In this document: positions 1-24,115 of the stretch, in pieces | Layout of the letters: the number at the start of each line of letters is the position of its first letter | Numbering within the stretch: the stretch's first letter is position 1 | Origin: Balanoglossus misakiensis | Lineage: Eukaryota; Animalia; Hemichordata | Assembly: GCA_040954595.2 (NCBI GenBank) | Contig: CM082578.2 | Coordinates: forward strand, 12,710,520-12,774,519 | Length of the DNA stretch: 64,000 nucleotides | Direction of reading: 5' to 3' | Notes under the pieces: model-generated | Database searches by the model: none | Seen by the model: the letters and a program-made list of their open reading frames with translations, nothing else | What the model was told of the DNA's origin: nothing | Position numbers and translations under genes: made by a program

Positions 1-74
1 TTGAGTATGGTCCGCCCGAGAAGTTGCAAAATCAAGATGGCGGCGAATTTGCCGCTTTGGTGAAGGGACACTAG
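1..74 (+). CDS. 3' end of an ABCC/SUR-like transporter paralog (gene begins upstream of the window)
   Basis: Frame from base 3 reads EYGPPEKLQNQDGGEFAALVKGH-stop (TAG 72-74). This nearly matches the C-terminus of the minus-strand ABCC gene (EYGPPEKLQNQDGSEFAALVKGHY-stop), with 3 substitutions over the first 73 nt. Confidence 0.85.
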   Translation, partial: EYGPPEKLQNQDGGEFAALVKGH

Positions 75-535
75 TATCAAAAGGCGGGAAGTATACAAGG
101 CAAACGCATAGCAACGGACACTGCATTTTACGCGTGAAATAACTAGTACAACAAAAATTTTGTTTAAAGCACAAAGAGACAAAATGGATAACACAAATGC
201 ACAGATATATAGCATGATATGGGATACGAAACCTGCCGTTGCGATTCACGTACATAGCCAGGGAGTCTGCGCACAAGATTTGAGACATGTATAGAATTTG
301 CATTGCGTTATTGGTGTTGATCTTGGTAATGAAGATGGAGAAATGGCATTTTTTGTGTGGTGAAAATTGTACTGTTTAATAAGTTAAGACACCTGAAAAC
401 TTAAAATATATATTGTTCAGAATATGTCTCAATTGTGTCATTTTTAAATGCCGTCTGTCATATAAGAGGACACAGCTATACTGACATCTTAAAGCCCGTT
501 GCTTTGTATGTCAACCTAGGTATGTGTGACTCTTA

Positions 536-624
536 TACACACAGACATGCACACACACATGTACGTACGTGCGTACGTACAGACAGACATACAGAGAGAG
601 AGATAGACAGACAGACAGATAGAT
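536..624. repeat. Compound low-complexity microsatellite (CA, CGTA, GA, GACA, GATA units)
   Basis: Visible short tandem units between the two convergent ABCC 3' ends. They explain the spurious ORFs 435..626 and 516..725. Confidence 0.8.
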
Positions 625-846
625 AGTACCTCCATCGATAGATTGATTTCGGTGGACAGCCTGTTTTGAATCCTATACTTGCGGACGATTTTCCGGTTCA
701 ACTGGAGTTCGCAAGTTTCGTCCAAATGTATCCAGTCCCCGCAAGAGGGCGCTAGTTCATAGTGACTGCCATGTTATTTGTCATTTTGAGATGCGAACTT
801 CATGCTTGAGTCTTCGTCACTCTCTCCTGCGTTTTGACTTTTAGCG

Positions 847-11440
<10,594 letters not shown>

Positions 11441-12593
11441 CGTGCAAGTGGTCCCCGGACAACAGGGGGAGTGACATGCGACAGGGTCATTTGACTGATG
11501 AGGATACGTGCCCCGGCCGGTGACGTCCAGGTCACGTTAGAAATTGACACGCGGACAGTGCAAGGCCTACACACTGATTTGTTTACCATGTTTACGTACG
11601 GAACATCTGGTTATGACCTCACCAGGCGCAAGCGCAGTTGTAAATTGACCGAACTGGCCGCAAACTCACGAAATGAATTCTCGTGTATGTTCAATTTGCA
11701 AATTATTGATGATCACATATTTTACTGATAGCAGTACTGTAATTTACGAGCATTGCGGGGGCGTGCTGGCATTTTTCAAAATCTAGAGCCACAATAATGC
11801 CCCTCCCCAAGCTCTCCCACGACAAATAGTGACATCCTTGTCTGTTTGGCTACAATACATTGTTGTTACAATCGCAGAACAGATTATTCTCATTGGAAAA
11901 AGGAAGATTAAAGAACTTACAATTACACTTTGAGTGATTGTGGCAGCAGTTTAGTTTTTATTCATGTCTATAACATCAGCCATTCTTCAAAAAACAGTCA
12001 TACTTATCAGTTTTTCACAAACATTGCCGGAGGGGGGGGGGGGGTGATTTTATTTGACAAGTTACAAAAACAGATATTCTTTTTTGAAGAATGTTAATAC
12101 ATGTAATACACTTGGACAATGCATGATTATTTGTGTAAAAAACATCATTACTAATCACCAGAAGTTGCATTTAAACAAAAAAATCAATATAAATACAGCT
12201 TAACTTAAAATAGGAATTCTCACCGCCATTATCTGGACATAAATGCTTTGCTGAAAGAATTACTTTGAATCGTTGCAGGCAAAACGCGTAACAGACAATT
12301 AAAATGTAACCCCCTTACATTTGCAATCAACTGCTTATTTTTGCTATCACACTTTGAAACTACATGTACACACATATTTGGAAGTACAAATGGACACAGT
12401 GTTGAAATGTTTTTAATCGTTGGTGATGATTTGTTGGCCCTTTAAAAATCAAGCACACTTTGGTTGACGACACTTCCACGCATCCCGCGGAAAGAACACT
12501 CTGGTAACTTGGGGACCACAAACGGACATTGCCTGTACTATGAAGTGAAAACTGGTTCCACGTAACACATTCTGTGGGTGGCAGGGCACAGTT

Positions 12594-15500
12594 CTACGTA
12601 GGAATTGGAATACTGGCGGACAGAAGAACATGCTTTTCATTGTCGTTTAAGGCTGGGATGAACAGTGTATAACACGGTTGCTGTGACAACCGCTGAAGAA
12701 ACTCTGTAAGACATGCCTGTGAAATAAAAGAAACAACAAAGATTATAAATTCATTTCATTAACACACAGTGCACAGAATGACCAGGAGTGGCACCCTTTT
12801 ATTGTTTAACTTACAAAGGATGATGATTGAGGGTTTTAGACAAGGATTTTATGATATCTGGGTCAAGTTTCGCTTGGGTAAAGTTTTAGGTACAATTCTC
12901 ACCTGTATATCTACTTGATAAATTGGATCATTTAGAGTATCTGGATCATCCTCTTCTTCATCATCGCACTCAAAATCGTAGCCTGAGAAAGAAAATGTCA
13001 GAGTTCATAAAAACAATCTCTGATGATATTAAAAACTAGATTAGAACAAAATGCCCACCAGTAGGCTTGAGACAATTTAACCCTTCGCCCTCCCACTGCA
13101 TCTGTAGAGGTCGCACTTAACCATAGAAAACAATAAACTTGGACCATACCACAGCTATTATAGGGTGAATTGATGGTGATGTGACTGACCTGCAAAGTCT
13201 GAAGCTGGCGCATACATCCCAAGAACACTCGACAGAGTTTGACCTTCGGATTCAACATCTTCATAGTCTTCATCTTCACATTCCTCCCAGCCTTCTCCCT
13301 GCAAAATCACAATTTATTATGTGTAGTTAGCTGTGGACTAAATCAAAGAGTTTTGATAATTAGAGCTCCGCTCTCTTTAGATAAAGTCATATCTGCCCTA
13401 CAAATAGTATCAGGTAACAGGCAGAGAATCCAATGTCTATGAGATTTGCATCTGGAAACTGTGAGAACAACCGGGAAGTCCCACTACAAGTCACAAAATC
13501 TGGGAGCCTGAAAGAGGACAGTCTTCCACTAGGAAGAAAATATATGAAAATCTTACTTCATCAAGATCTTCACCTCCAGCAGATGCCTGTCTGGACATAG
13601 TTGTTTCCATGGCATTGGACAACTCGTTAATCAACAGCTTGAATATTTTAACATGGACTGGGATCATGGTCCACTCATCTGGCACTGTGTTTGCAAAGGG
13701 AAAAAAATATTAAATTCAGTCAGTACTTTGATCTGGACGTGGAAAAGCGTAACAAAATGGAGACTTGATTTGTATTACCACATACACACACAGAAGGCAT
13801 GAGAGATGATGAGTATATCGACTGCTACTCACTCTGAGCGGCTCTGGATCTCGTTCTGATTCCCTCCGCTGGATTGAAGATCTGGTCTCCCTTGACGATG
13901 ATGCCTTCGAATCTCTTGTCGTTGGTGGTGATGATGTGTTCCAGAAGTTTCAACAAAGCCATGGTGCTGAGGGGAGTAAAAATCAATGAGAGACCCTTCA
14001 GTCAATGGCTAAGTAAATGTTGGAATTATTTAAAGCCCCAATAGCTGCCACTTTTATTATTCTATGCAGCTTGAAATACACTCACCTGACTTTGCTTTCG
14101 TAGGCACCGTAGAAAAGATGTTGCCTTGCCAACCACTCCGTCAGCACAAACTCCAAGGCGGATTTACCGGTTGGTCCAGGAACAGTAGTCAGAAACTCCA
14201 GCACAGCTTTCATCTGTGTATGCATCAGTGACGCAAACACCATGACAAGAGACTGTGTGGTGAGAGAGAGAGAGAACAAGATAGTTTCATCATCAGAAAT
14301 TGTCTTGTCTGACACTGAATGTGAACATCATACACAAAATGATGATACACAACCACTCCATTCAAATGACTGGAGTATTAACAGACACAAACTGAAATTA
14401 ACAATCAAAGCCTGATTTCTTACCTGTACAACACTGAGTGATTCCGCCTGCTGCATCTTACTGAGCACAGCTCGGAGCATCAGGTCAAGGTCACTGCCAA
14501 GGCTGCTGCCGGCTTTGGAGATGAGAGACGACACCAGCCTCCCAACGAAGGCAGCAGTGAACTCGGACGTCTGCAGGTTCAGGAGCCGTGATACGACTTT
14601 GATGACATAGACGATGCCGTTGTTGCCAGCCTCGTCTCTCCAGATGACCAGCTGATCGTACGCTACAGACACATAGGCCCTCATGCACTCCCCACCACTC
14701 TGGCAAAACCAAACAGAACAAATAGAACATTTAGGGAGTTCTGGATAGTTCATGAAAAATCCAACCAGGTGCCACTTACACTTTACTTTGCCTTTGGAAT
14801 TGAGCATGCGACCCTAAATTTGTACAACACGGGAAATCAGCGGAAAGGGGAGAAAATTGATTTTGCATGAGGAGGGGTAAAAACCCCAAAGTCACAAAAA
14901 TCGGGGTATTGGTATTTTCTTACCTGCATGACAGCATTGTCGTCTGTTCTCAGTGTGCACTGTGCTGCCGCTGGAAATGATGTGGTAATCAACGCATCCG
15001 AGAGTGGAACTGTGCTGTTACGAACGACTGTACACAACACATCCATGGCAACCTACATGATTATAGAAACACAAAAAACCTTCATAGTCCTTTGAAGCAA
15101 ACTTTTTTTGGTGTACCGATCAACAGAAATTCTGTACGAAAAGACTCCACCTTGTCTAATATTACTCACCGCAGCCATTCCCAGCGGCACTTTGTCATTA
15201 GGGGCATTCAGAAGACTATTTATCGGCGGTAACAGTCTGGCTTGTAACGATTGCTGGCAGCCTTCATTCCTGGCCAACTCACGGAAAATGTCTTGTGCTA
15301 AGGATGTTATAAGGTGATCTGTCGGTGAAACAAAATGGAAAGTTTCAGAAGACTGGAACAGTACCTAATCCAATCTTGACAAGTAATCAGAAACTAAGAT
15401 TCACAAAATATCAGTCATATCATTTAGTGATAAACCCGAAAACTCACCTTGGCCGTATTTAATAAATAATGCTATCGTCAAAGGTGCGACCTTGTTTTCT

Positions 15501-18500
15501 ACTGTCACTGTAAATGCTTTGTCAATCTGGAAAGAAAAACAAAGCCAGATCTTCATCAAATATTTCTCTGAATGATACAGGTATCAAACATACTATACTT
15601 TCAAATCCACTAAGAGAGAAGCTTTTAAAGAAAAATGACACTTACTGAAATAACTATACATATGGTCTCCATAACTAAGGCTAGTACTTCTGAAGCGTAT
15701 TCTAAAGCAAGGGCCACCAGTCCTTCAACTATGTGTGGTAAATAAGGCACAATGATTTGTGCATTTTCGGACGTCTTGAAATGGTCGCAGAAGCCGTAGG
15801 CGGCCCGGACAGCCGACACGCGAACGGACGGCGGCTGGTTCTTCTGAATTCCAGTTACTGTGGCCTCTAAAAATCTGTAAGCATATCGGAGAAAAATTTG
15901 AATGCGTGTTCTGTATTAAATGACAGCATGTTTTAGAACAAGTCAGACTTTATTATTGCGAGATACGAGATATAATATTGTAGGTGGACTTTCAATGCTG
16001 AGCTTTGATACCAACAATAATGAAGATATACATGATGATGATAACGACAGTGACGATTTCAGAAAGGGTGGAGATTTGACTATAATAAGAATATCATTTC
16101 TGGTAAGGATGATTGAACTTTGACCTACTTTTGAAGCAGCTGTGGGTTCATAGCTAGTGTAAATCTACTGGCGGCCCACAGAGCTCTTCCCAATAAAAAC
16201 GGAGACACTGAAAACAGGCAAAGGACAACAGCAGGTTAGATAAAGCACCTCGTTTATGCTTTAGAATTTGGCAACAGGTATAAACAGGTACTGCAAAATG
16301 TTGGCACAGTTAGGCTCTTACCACGTAATATCAGAAAAAGCAACAAGCAAGTCATCATGAATGACATAGTCCCAACTGGTTTTCGTTGCAAATAACATAA
16401 AATGGCAGCTTATGCACTTCTCATATGCAAAGTATTAAATACTGTCTCAACTCTTCGACCTACCTCCAATGTTAAGATCAGCTAATATCACCGACGTTAA
16501 GAAATCATTCATGTCAAACATCAATTTTCCGCTGGATACCATGTCAATGATTAACGCTTTCACTGATCCCATGGTTAAAAGACACGCCTCATGGATCTTC
16601 CACCTCATTATAGATAAAAAAATAAAACATTATATTTAATATTAACAAACATAAACAGTGGGTATCAGTTCCATACAGAACATCATTTTCTTCACTTACA
16701 GCTGGCTGCAAGCAATTTTTCATGCCCTTTGAAACCTGCGTGGAATCTGTCTAAAAAAGTGACCATCGGTGTAAAAATGTCTCTCACCAGTTTTGATTGC
16801 CGGACTCCATGGCCACTTTGGCTTCCTGTAAATGCCTTGTAACAGCACCCACCATGCCGTGGGCACACTGCACCTGATATTCACTTGCTATAGACTGGGA
16901 GAAATCATAGGAGATGCAAATTATTGCCTTGTGGTTGTACACGATTTGTGTGTTGATTATGTCTTACAATCCTGTTGTGTTATCGTTTGCCAGAAAGTCG
17001 AGATACTATGCCAGTTATTGGGAGTTCCCACCAACCAATCAGGGCTAATGTAAGGGACAGGATTAGGTTCAGACTCCAGTTGGCAATGTCCAGGGGGTGC
17101 CTGTCCTAGATACTGGCAAAAAGTGGGATAACTCCAAGAAGAATTTGCCCATACACTGTAAACAGTTCTTTTCAAGAATACTGTTGTCATCAAAAAGAAA
17201 TCTTAGTAACTGCTCTCATCTTGGAATTTGACTCTTTAACCTCACAGCAGACATGTGGATGCTAACGCTATGTGCAATTAAGTTACAAAATGTGGTGATT
17301 ACCAGTAAGAGATCTTGAGCAGAAATTCTAACAGAATAGGAAAAAGTGTCTTCATCTTCATCTTCTACGAACTGATTTGGATTATCTGACCATGATTTCA
17401 CCTGAAAAAGAAAAAAAGAAGAGGTATCCTGATTAGAATTTCAGGTGTCTGTATGATAGGTTTCACTGTGCAACAACAACACACCACAGCACAGTGACAG
17501 AAGACCCTGCACAAAACGTCTGACACACATACCTGCTCTTCTGTTATCTGCATGTACAATATCACGTAATATACCAAGTCTTCTAAACTTTTAAGCACCG
17601 TTGAGCGGAATTTGGGCGTCTCTATCAGACCGTGGACGAAGTCAAAAATGCTGAACACAAGATTTTCAAAACCAAGCACTTCGCCTGAAACGTAAGAACG
17701 ATATAATGAGTGTTATTCCTATGCGTACAACTGCAATAGGGTTTAACTGTATCTGTCTTGAGCCACAAACACCAGATGCATTGTATGTAGTTGAGTATAG
17801 AATTAAAGGAAGGTCAAATTGCCAACATGTACTTGGGAAATGTTTATTTACTAAATGTTATCCTACCATCAGAGTCGACTGGATTGTCTGCATCTTCTGT
17901 GTCGTTCACTTCAGTTCTGATGTACACCGCTGCACTGTCGGTCAAGGCATGCCATATGTGTGGCAGCAAGTCGGGCAACCATTGGGCCATCCGCTCGGGA
18001 AAACTTTTCACTAAAGTCGTGAGAGCCTAAAAGAAACAAATCCGCCAATGGTGACCTCTGAGTGACCTTTTATCCTGGTGTTTTATGCAAATGTTATGAC
18101 GTCATGCATCATTCAAAATTACACCCAACATTCACCCTTTTGTAACAGAGACAAAAATGAATTTGTTAGTTCTCGAAAAGGCTCCCCCTTTGAGCTATAC
18201 TACAAATGTATGCCATGACTTGTTCATGAATTCCCTTGTAATTAATACTACTGTACCTTAATGACTTCCATTTTCAGTCCACTGTCTGATTTATCCCCGT
18301 CAGGAAATGTCAGAGCATGACCAAAGGCTATGACAAACTGTGACAACACTGGAAACAGCAACTGTTTGGCGACTCCCTGTAAAACAGACATGTGTTCTGT
18401 CACTTCAGGTTTCAAACATGGTGTACGAATGCATGCACACAACCCCTAGTCTCAGTTTTAAATGCGAAAATAAACCAAAAGACACTTCCTGTACTGTTGT

Positions 18501-20532
18501 AGTGTTCCTACCTTGTGAAGTTCATTCATACTGAATATAAGGCCGGCACACGTGTTGAAAATTTCCACAGCCCTGGCTCTGGTCCGTATCCCGAAGGCAT
18601 CCGTGTTGGTGAAGATGTTGTACATCTCCGGCAGTATATTGGGTGCAACTTGGGGCATTTGCAAGTCTGTTACTTCTCTTGTAAACTCTGAAAGAAACCA
18701 ACGATTTATTTTACTTTTACAATTACTGTTTCCCATACGAGTACACTGGATAGATGACTGTGTAACTGTTGTGGTTTCTGTCCTGTATTTCCATCAACGC
18801 TCTCGTCATATAACACTTTCGAATTTGCATATACCACACACTGCCAGTGACCAGGCGCGTGAGTGAGAATAATAGAATCATACACACTGTATGCATAAAA
18901 AGACACACCTGTCAACACCCTCATTGCTCCATGCACAGCATTACTGTCACCGCTGGTCAGTGCACTCATCAACTCGTGGAACAATTCCGGCCAGGCTTCC
19001 GGCCAATCCCAGTGCGCTATGGCAGAGATGGCGTACGCGACGCTTGTCCGCACTTTGCTGATGCTTTCCCGGAGACCGCCGGGAAGCATTGTGCGGATGG
19101 CGAGTTTAGCCTGTCAGAGAGAAAAACGTGCCACTCTACATCATTGTTTGTACAATACACATACAAAGTCAGTCACAGCAAACCTATACTACAGCATGTT
19201 GCAAATCTTTGCTAGTCACTGACGTCATCAGATTTAGTCAAATCCTTTGTTTTCGTAGGCAAAGCTGGACCTGTTACATTGGGAAACATGAGTGAAAGGG
19301 TTAATACTTTCCCAACACATTGTTTCAGCTTATATACTTAATTAGTGGAGGACTGTCAGTTTCGGACAAGCACTTACACTTTCTGGTGTTTCAGGTGATC
19401 GAAACTTTTCACTGTGTGAAGACCAATGAGCTTCAACATACTGCTTCAAGATAACAGATGCCAACTGCAGAAGAAAAACAAAATTAAATGCAAAACACTT
19501 GATGCACAGAATCACTGTTATATGAAATTATATGGAGCACATTGTGCTCTGGTTGAATTCAAGGGATTTCATTGAAAAATACACAATGACAATGATAATT
19601 TCTTACTTGTCTTATAGCAAGGGCTCCTTGAGGATCAAGTGTAAATTCTGCAAGATGGATTCCAAATTCTGAAATTTGAGGTCAGAATTGTGACTGAGTG
19701 AATTGATTCCTCATTTAGAAAAATAACACATTTCCAACTAAGCATAAATGATGAAGAAATTTGATGACAGCATCTCCTTGAAAAATCTTTCAAAAATCGG
19801 CATGGCTGATGAAGTTCTTTCCTAGCTTGCAATGTCATCAAACCATTTTCATGTTTCAGCTCAAAGATTTTAATACCAGCCAATACCAGCCATCAACATT
19901 ACATTTCACTTTTCAGTCGATCATTTCTACTGTAAGCCTACGGAGACGACCCTGCGAGCGACCAACTCCAAGGTCTGTGATTAACTAGGAGAACTCCTCT
20001 CGCACGTTGACAAACACTGGTACAAGGCTACATGCATGTAACATTGTACAGTCAGTCAGTGAGTCAATCAGTCACCACTGCACTAACTCACTCATCACTC
20101 ACTCGGCACTTAAAGTCGACTGGACTAGCAAAAGTGACACAATGCGTCTTACATTCATTGATAACAGTGGAGTTCTATATGGACACAACCATAATTTATT
20201 ATATCACCGCATGCATGCGCACAGCTCACAGAACACGTTCAGCTACATAATACATGTAATAGACATCTGGTGGGTTTCATCACTCACGCTGAGTGACACA
20301 TGCATGGCGTACTGACAGTACAGTGTGTACTGTGTGTGATGGAAGTCAATGAATGATATCGGCGCCCTTCGGAGTTCGGCACGTTTACTTTACCTTCCGT
20401 GACTTCGAGAAGTTTCAGCTGTTCCTCCCCGTGGACTCGTGTTTGATGATCTGGGGATAAAATCGCCGTGAGGCTCTCCAACAGGACTTCTTTCAGGGAT
20501 CGCCGAACTTGCTCGGATGACTGCGCCGCCAT
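12594..20532 (-). CDS. IPO9: Importin-9, 23 coding exons, 1041 aa
   Basis: Exons: 20532-20394, 19668-19607, 19464-19378, 19110-18909, 18687-18512, 18376-18257, 18026-17867, 17684-17533, 17401-17303, 16894-16788, 16603-16464, 16207-16129, 15874-15646, 15526-15448, 15318-15170, 15052-14924, 14699-14424, 14252-14086, 13966-13833, 13684-13557, 13298-13190, 12982-12903, 12716-12594. Total 3126 nt. IPO9-typical motifs: [79 protein letters not shown], and an acidic loop before [14 protein letters not shown]. Confidence 0.96.
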
Positions 20533-20611
20533 GTTGACTACCGCCGCACTGCGCTTGCTCAAACCCTTTCTCTGTGTCAATGATCAAATTGCATTTGGCG
20601 CCAAATTCACA

Positions 20612-22595
20612 CAGTCTTCGGACTGAGCGCGATTCCCATTATCAAAACACCGCAAAGCATGCTGGGAAATTTCAGCACTCATTGACCTCTGTTATGGCGG
20701 CCAAAAACCCAGCGTACGTGGAGAGATTTCAATCCAATTTTTTTCCATGTTTTGAGAGTACTTGACAGATTTCGTTATCTTTGTGAAAATTATTGAAATA
20801 AAGCAACAAGAGAATCAAAGAGATGAATTCGGTAGATTTGCGAAAAATAAAAATAAAAGAGTTACCTTTGACCCCTTCTATTTTAGCCTTCAGAGGCATA
20901 TACCAACTTTGATTTTTTGTGCCTTTTCATCCAAAGCTTCAATGGACGAGAAAAAACGTGGTATATACTCTATTTCATAAGAACTTTGTGGGAAACTATC
21001 GTATATCATGATCAACGACTGAATAGAGACTGTGGGACGTCTCCAATTGTTGTTGTTAAATTGGCGATTTTGTAGCAAAATACCGTGATTTTGCCGTGTC
21101 GTAGTAAAAAAAATCCAGACGCAAATGTCATGCAGAGTGTTTATTTTAATCACTCATCACCTCTTATGCTCATTTTTTCGTCCAGAACATCTTACCCGTA
21201 AATTCCACACTTTCTGACAGGGTCTTCCTGGCACACACTGTTTTTGGGTGAAAATGCAGTGATTTGTTTGATTTTTTGTGCCTTTTCATCCAAAGAGTGA
21301 AAACTATTCAAACTCGAATTTCTGGGGTCATAGATACTTTATTGTTATCATACGAACCTATTTTAGCTAGTGCTAAGCCTCTAAAAAAATATGCAGCCAC
21401 TCGAAGTGAGGCGTAAAACGTAGTTTGTCGATATTTTGGTTATGAATGTTTGTGGGCCTTCAATCAATAATTTATCAGGTTCGACCGTCCGCAGTGCCCA
21501 AAATACTTACGATACATGTTGTTATTTCGTAATCACACCGATCGAACACAGATACCTCGCGTGGATGCATGCACCATGTCGTTTTTCAACGGTATTGTGA
21601 ATTTAACACCAATTTCAAGGGAAGTGCTTGCAGTCATGTATCCCACAATCAGCCAAAATAAGACTCCAACAGCGAAAAAAGAGACGCATCTGGAACAAAC
21701 ACGCATATTTACTTCCTCTGACTTCCGTAAGAACCGCGATTACATGCAGAATTACCCCACTAGAGCCCATGTGTGTACCCTAATCACATGGGTCAGTCTC
21801 TGACACAGAGATATCAACGCCCCTTTCATGACGTTCAAGCCTGATGACAGCATCATTGATCAATGGGTGGGTAGATATACTCATAACTGACATGATCTTA
21901 TATATAAATATTCAGATATTTGTTTACAACAAACTTAGATGTATCGAATAAACTTTGAGCAAAAGCGTGAAGCCTTGCCTTTCTTGGCGGGAGATTGACG
22001 CATGTTGTTTACGTTACCATGGCGCCATAGAAATAGTAACGCTATTTAGCATATCACGTGCACTAAATGACACCCACTGGTTGGCGTATTCAAAAGGTCA
22101 TAACATTTTGGGGTCATCAGTCGGCAGACTGAAAGTCATTGAGAAATTGTGGTTTCTCGTCATTCAATTGAGGTTCATTGGTCAGAGAAAGTCGTTTGGG
22201 AATCGGCAGGTTTCGCTGCTTGCTGCATATGCTGAAATATTGCACCAGCACCATTTTAGAACCCACGATCTGTCAAATTTTGGTCAGTTCCATAGGCATC
22301 GCCATGCAATTTGCAGTGCGGGGCTGGTAAATTCAAGTGTTGATGTTTTTTTCTGAGTTAATTTTTGTAAAAAAATCACGTCGGTTTTTGGATTTGTCAC
22401 AGCGAGTAAGGAACTTAATGTCAGTTCTTTGTTAAAAGCTAAGCTCGCTGGATTTTTTTCGTGTTGGAGACACTGCGATTGTAATTTCTGTTTCCGACCG
22501 TAATTTTCCGGACACTCGACAGCGTAGTCAGCCTTTTTGAATACTTAATGAGTGATAATGGACACGCCCACTTTGCGCGCTCAGTCCGAAGACTG
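20612..22595. mobile_element. Putative non-autonomous DNA transposon (~2 kb) with 20 bp terminal inverted repeats
   Basis: CAGTCTTCGGACTGAGCGCG at 20612-20631 and its exact reverse complement at 22576-22595. Both ends also carry an inward CCATTATCA (20636-20644; reverse complement 22553-22561). A ~27 bp internal direct repeat TTTGATTTTTTGTGCCTTTTCATCCAAAG occurs near 20908 and 21267. No transposase ORF and no target-site duplication found. Confidence 0.55.
20657..20668 (-). promoter_or_regulatory. Candidate ZNF143/Staf-type site upstream of IPO9
   Basis: Minus strand TTCCCAGCATGC, 125 bp upstream of the IPO9 ATG. It matches the core Staf-binding motif common in housekeeping promoters. Motif match only. 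Confidence 0.4.
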
Positions 22596-24115
22596 CCTTG
22601 AATGCTTGCCATCCGCGAAGCAAAAGAACCAACCTGAAAAGTGTGTTCGCATAAAAATCGACCCGTATATTAGATACAACAAATACACATTACGCTAATA
22701 CATAATTCATTCTTCAGATGATAAAAAGTGTCGCAAATCATAAAACACGGACAAGGGAAATGAATGACTCGACCGTGCTGGTTCGAAGTGTGCATCAGTG
22801 TCATCATGGTGTCATGTCCCATCCTGCGATAAAAAAACATTGCTCGTAAAGACAGCAGTTATTCTACCAACACTGGTGTTAAAACAGTCCCATTACCATG
22901 GTGTTAAACCGATTCTCAGCATTTGCAAAATATATGGGGGCTCTCCTCAGAGACTCACTTTTTAATGAGACACCTAATGATGTAACAGTTTAATCGCCAA
23001 TATAGCCAGTAATCAAACATGATTTCAATTTTTCCTAATCTCGCGGGGGTTTCTTTCAAATGGAGACAAAATTTAGAGTTTGAGATGTGAAATATAGTGG
23101 GTCGAGTTACATGAAACATATATTTTTTTTTCTTGGCCTCATCGTCTGGTACAGAGCATGCGCTGAACGCCAGACATAAATAGATACCGGTGACATCATC
23201 GGGGTCAACCAGACGCATCGCCGCCCCAACTTATATTCATGGATAAAACGGGAACGAGACCGTATCCATATCCGTACCAAGAAGATCAGCTGACCCAATC
23301 CCAAAGTTGCAACATCTAACAGGTATGGGTGGACTGTCATGCCTTGTGACCTGCGCCTAGACATCCGACTTGATGTGTCGCCTGAAAATTAGGCACTTGT
23401 CCACCAAGTGCAGGTGGACGTGCGAGCAGCAAATTGTGGGTTCGGGTGATCGATTATTGAAAGAAACACATCATATATGCTCGTGAGAATGGTACATGTA
23501 CCTGCAAACCTGCGCGTATTATAGTACTCGACGAATTTATATGCGCCTTTTAGTTTTAAATACTGCTGTTGATATTATTGGCCGCCATTATCATTGAGCT
23601 GCGCCAGGCTTGCTTGCTCTATGAAAGTTGACCATATTCTTTGACTCAGTCAGGGAGCCTCTTCACGATCGTGGGCCAGACTTTGGACCTCGATGGGTTC
23701 ATCACCGATTATCGTGCTCGTCAAATGGCGAAGGTTTACATCAGGGAAAAGATTAGTTTTCATTTTGCGGTATCGTTGTTGACATATGCACGATCACGCG
23801 GTCCTGTGTCATGCCATAGATGATAGCCATAACCTCTACGAGTATGTTACTGAGGACTCTCACCATACTCGTATAGAAGGGCTAGCCGTGGGCCGTTCGT
23901 GGTAGTAGGGGCCTACTGGTACATATATACTTCCACGATCAAACTAGACTATAAGATTAGCGGCCAACTCAGGGCCTGGTCGCATTGCCTGGATTTTAAA
24001 ATTCATACAATAATTGATAGGCCTACCCAGACTTCTTACAATATTTACCGAAGAAGTCCCGACTGTACTGTTTGCATTTTCAGAGCGTCACGTAGCAGCA
24101 ACCAGTACCGCAATC

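Noticed and set aside
16604-16606. Rare GAG acceptor before IPO9 exon 16603-16464
   Set aside because: The frame and the WWKIHEAC motif require it, but it is still a standard AG acceptor and not notable enough to list as a finding.
19669-20393. Possible intronic C/D snoRNA in IPO9 intron 1
   Set aside because: A TGATGA is present on the minus strand, but there is no suitably spaced CTGA with a terminal stem.
21955-22356. 133 aa ORF inside the inverted-repeat-bounded segment
   Set aside because: It has a non-ATG start and no DDE, HTH or zinc-finger motifs, so it is not called a transposase.
23154-23322. Exon-like segment (pyrimidine tract-CAG ... CAG|GTATGG) with short ORF MDKTGTRPYPYPYQEDQLTQSQSCNI
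   Set aside because: It has stops in all frames and no recognisable homology. It could be a 5'UTR exon of SSUH2-A, but this cannot be supported without transcripts.
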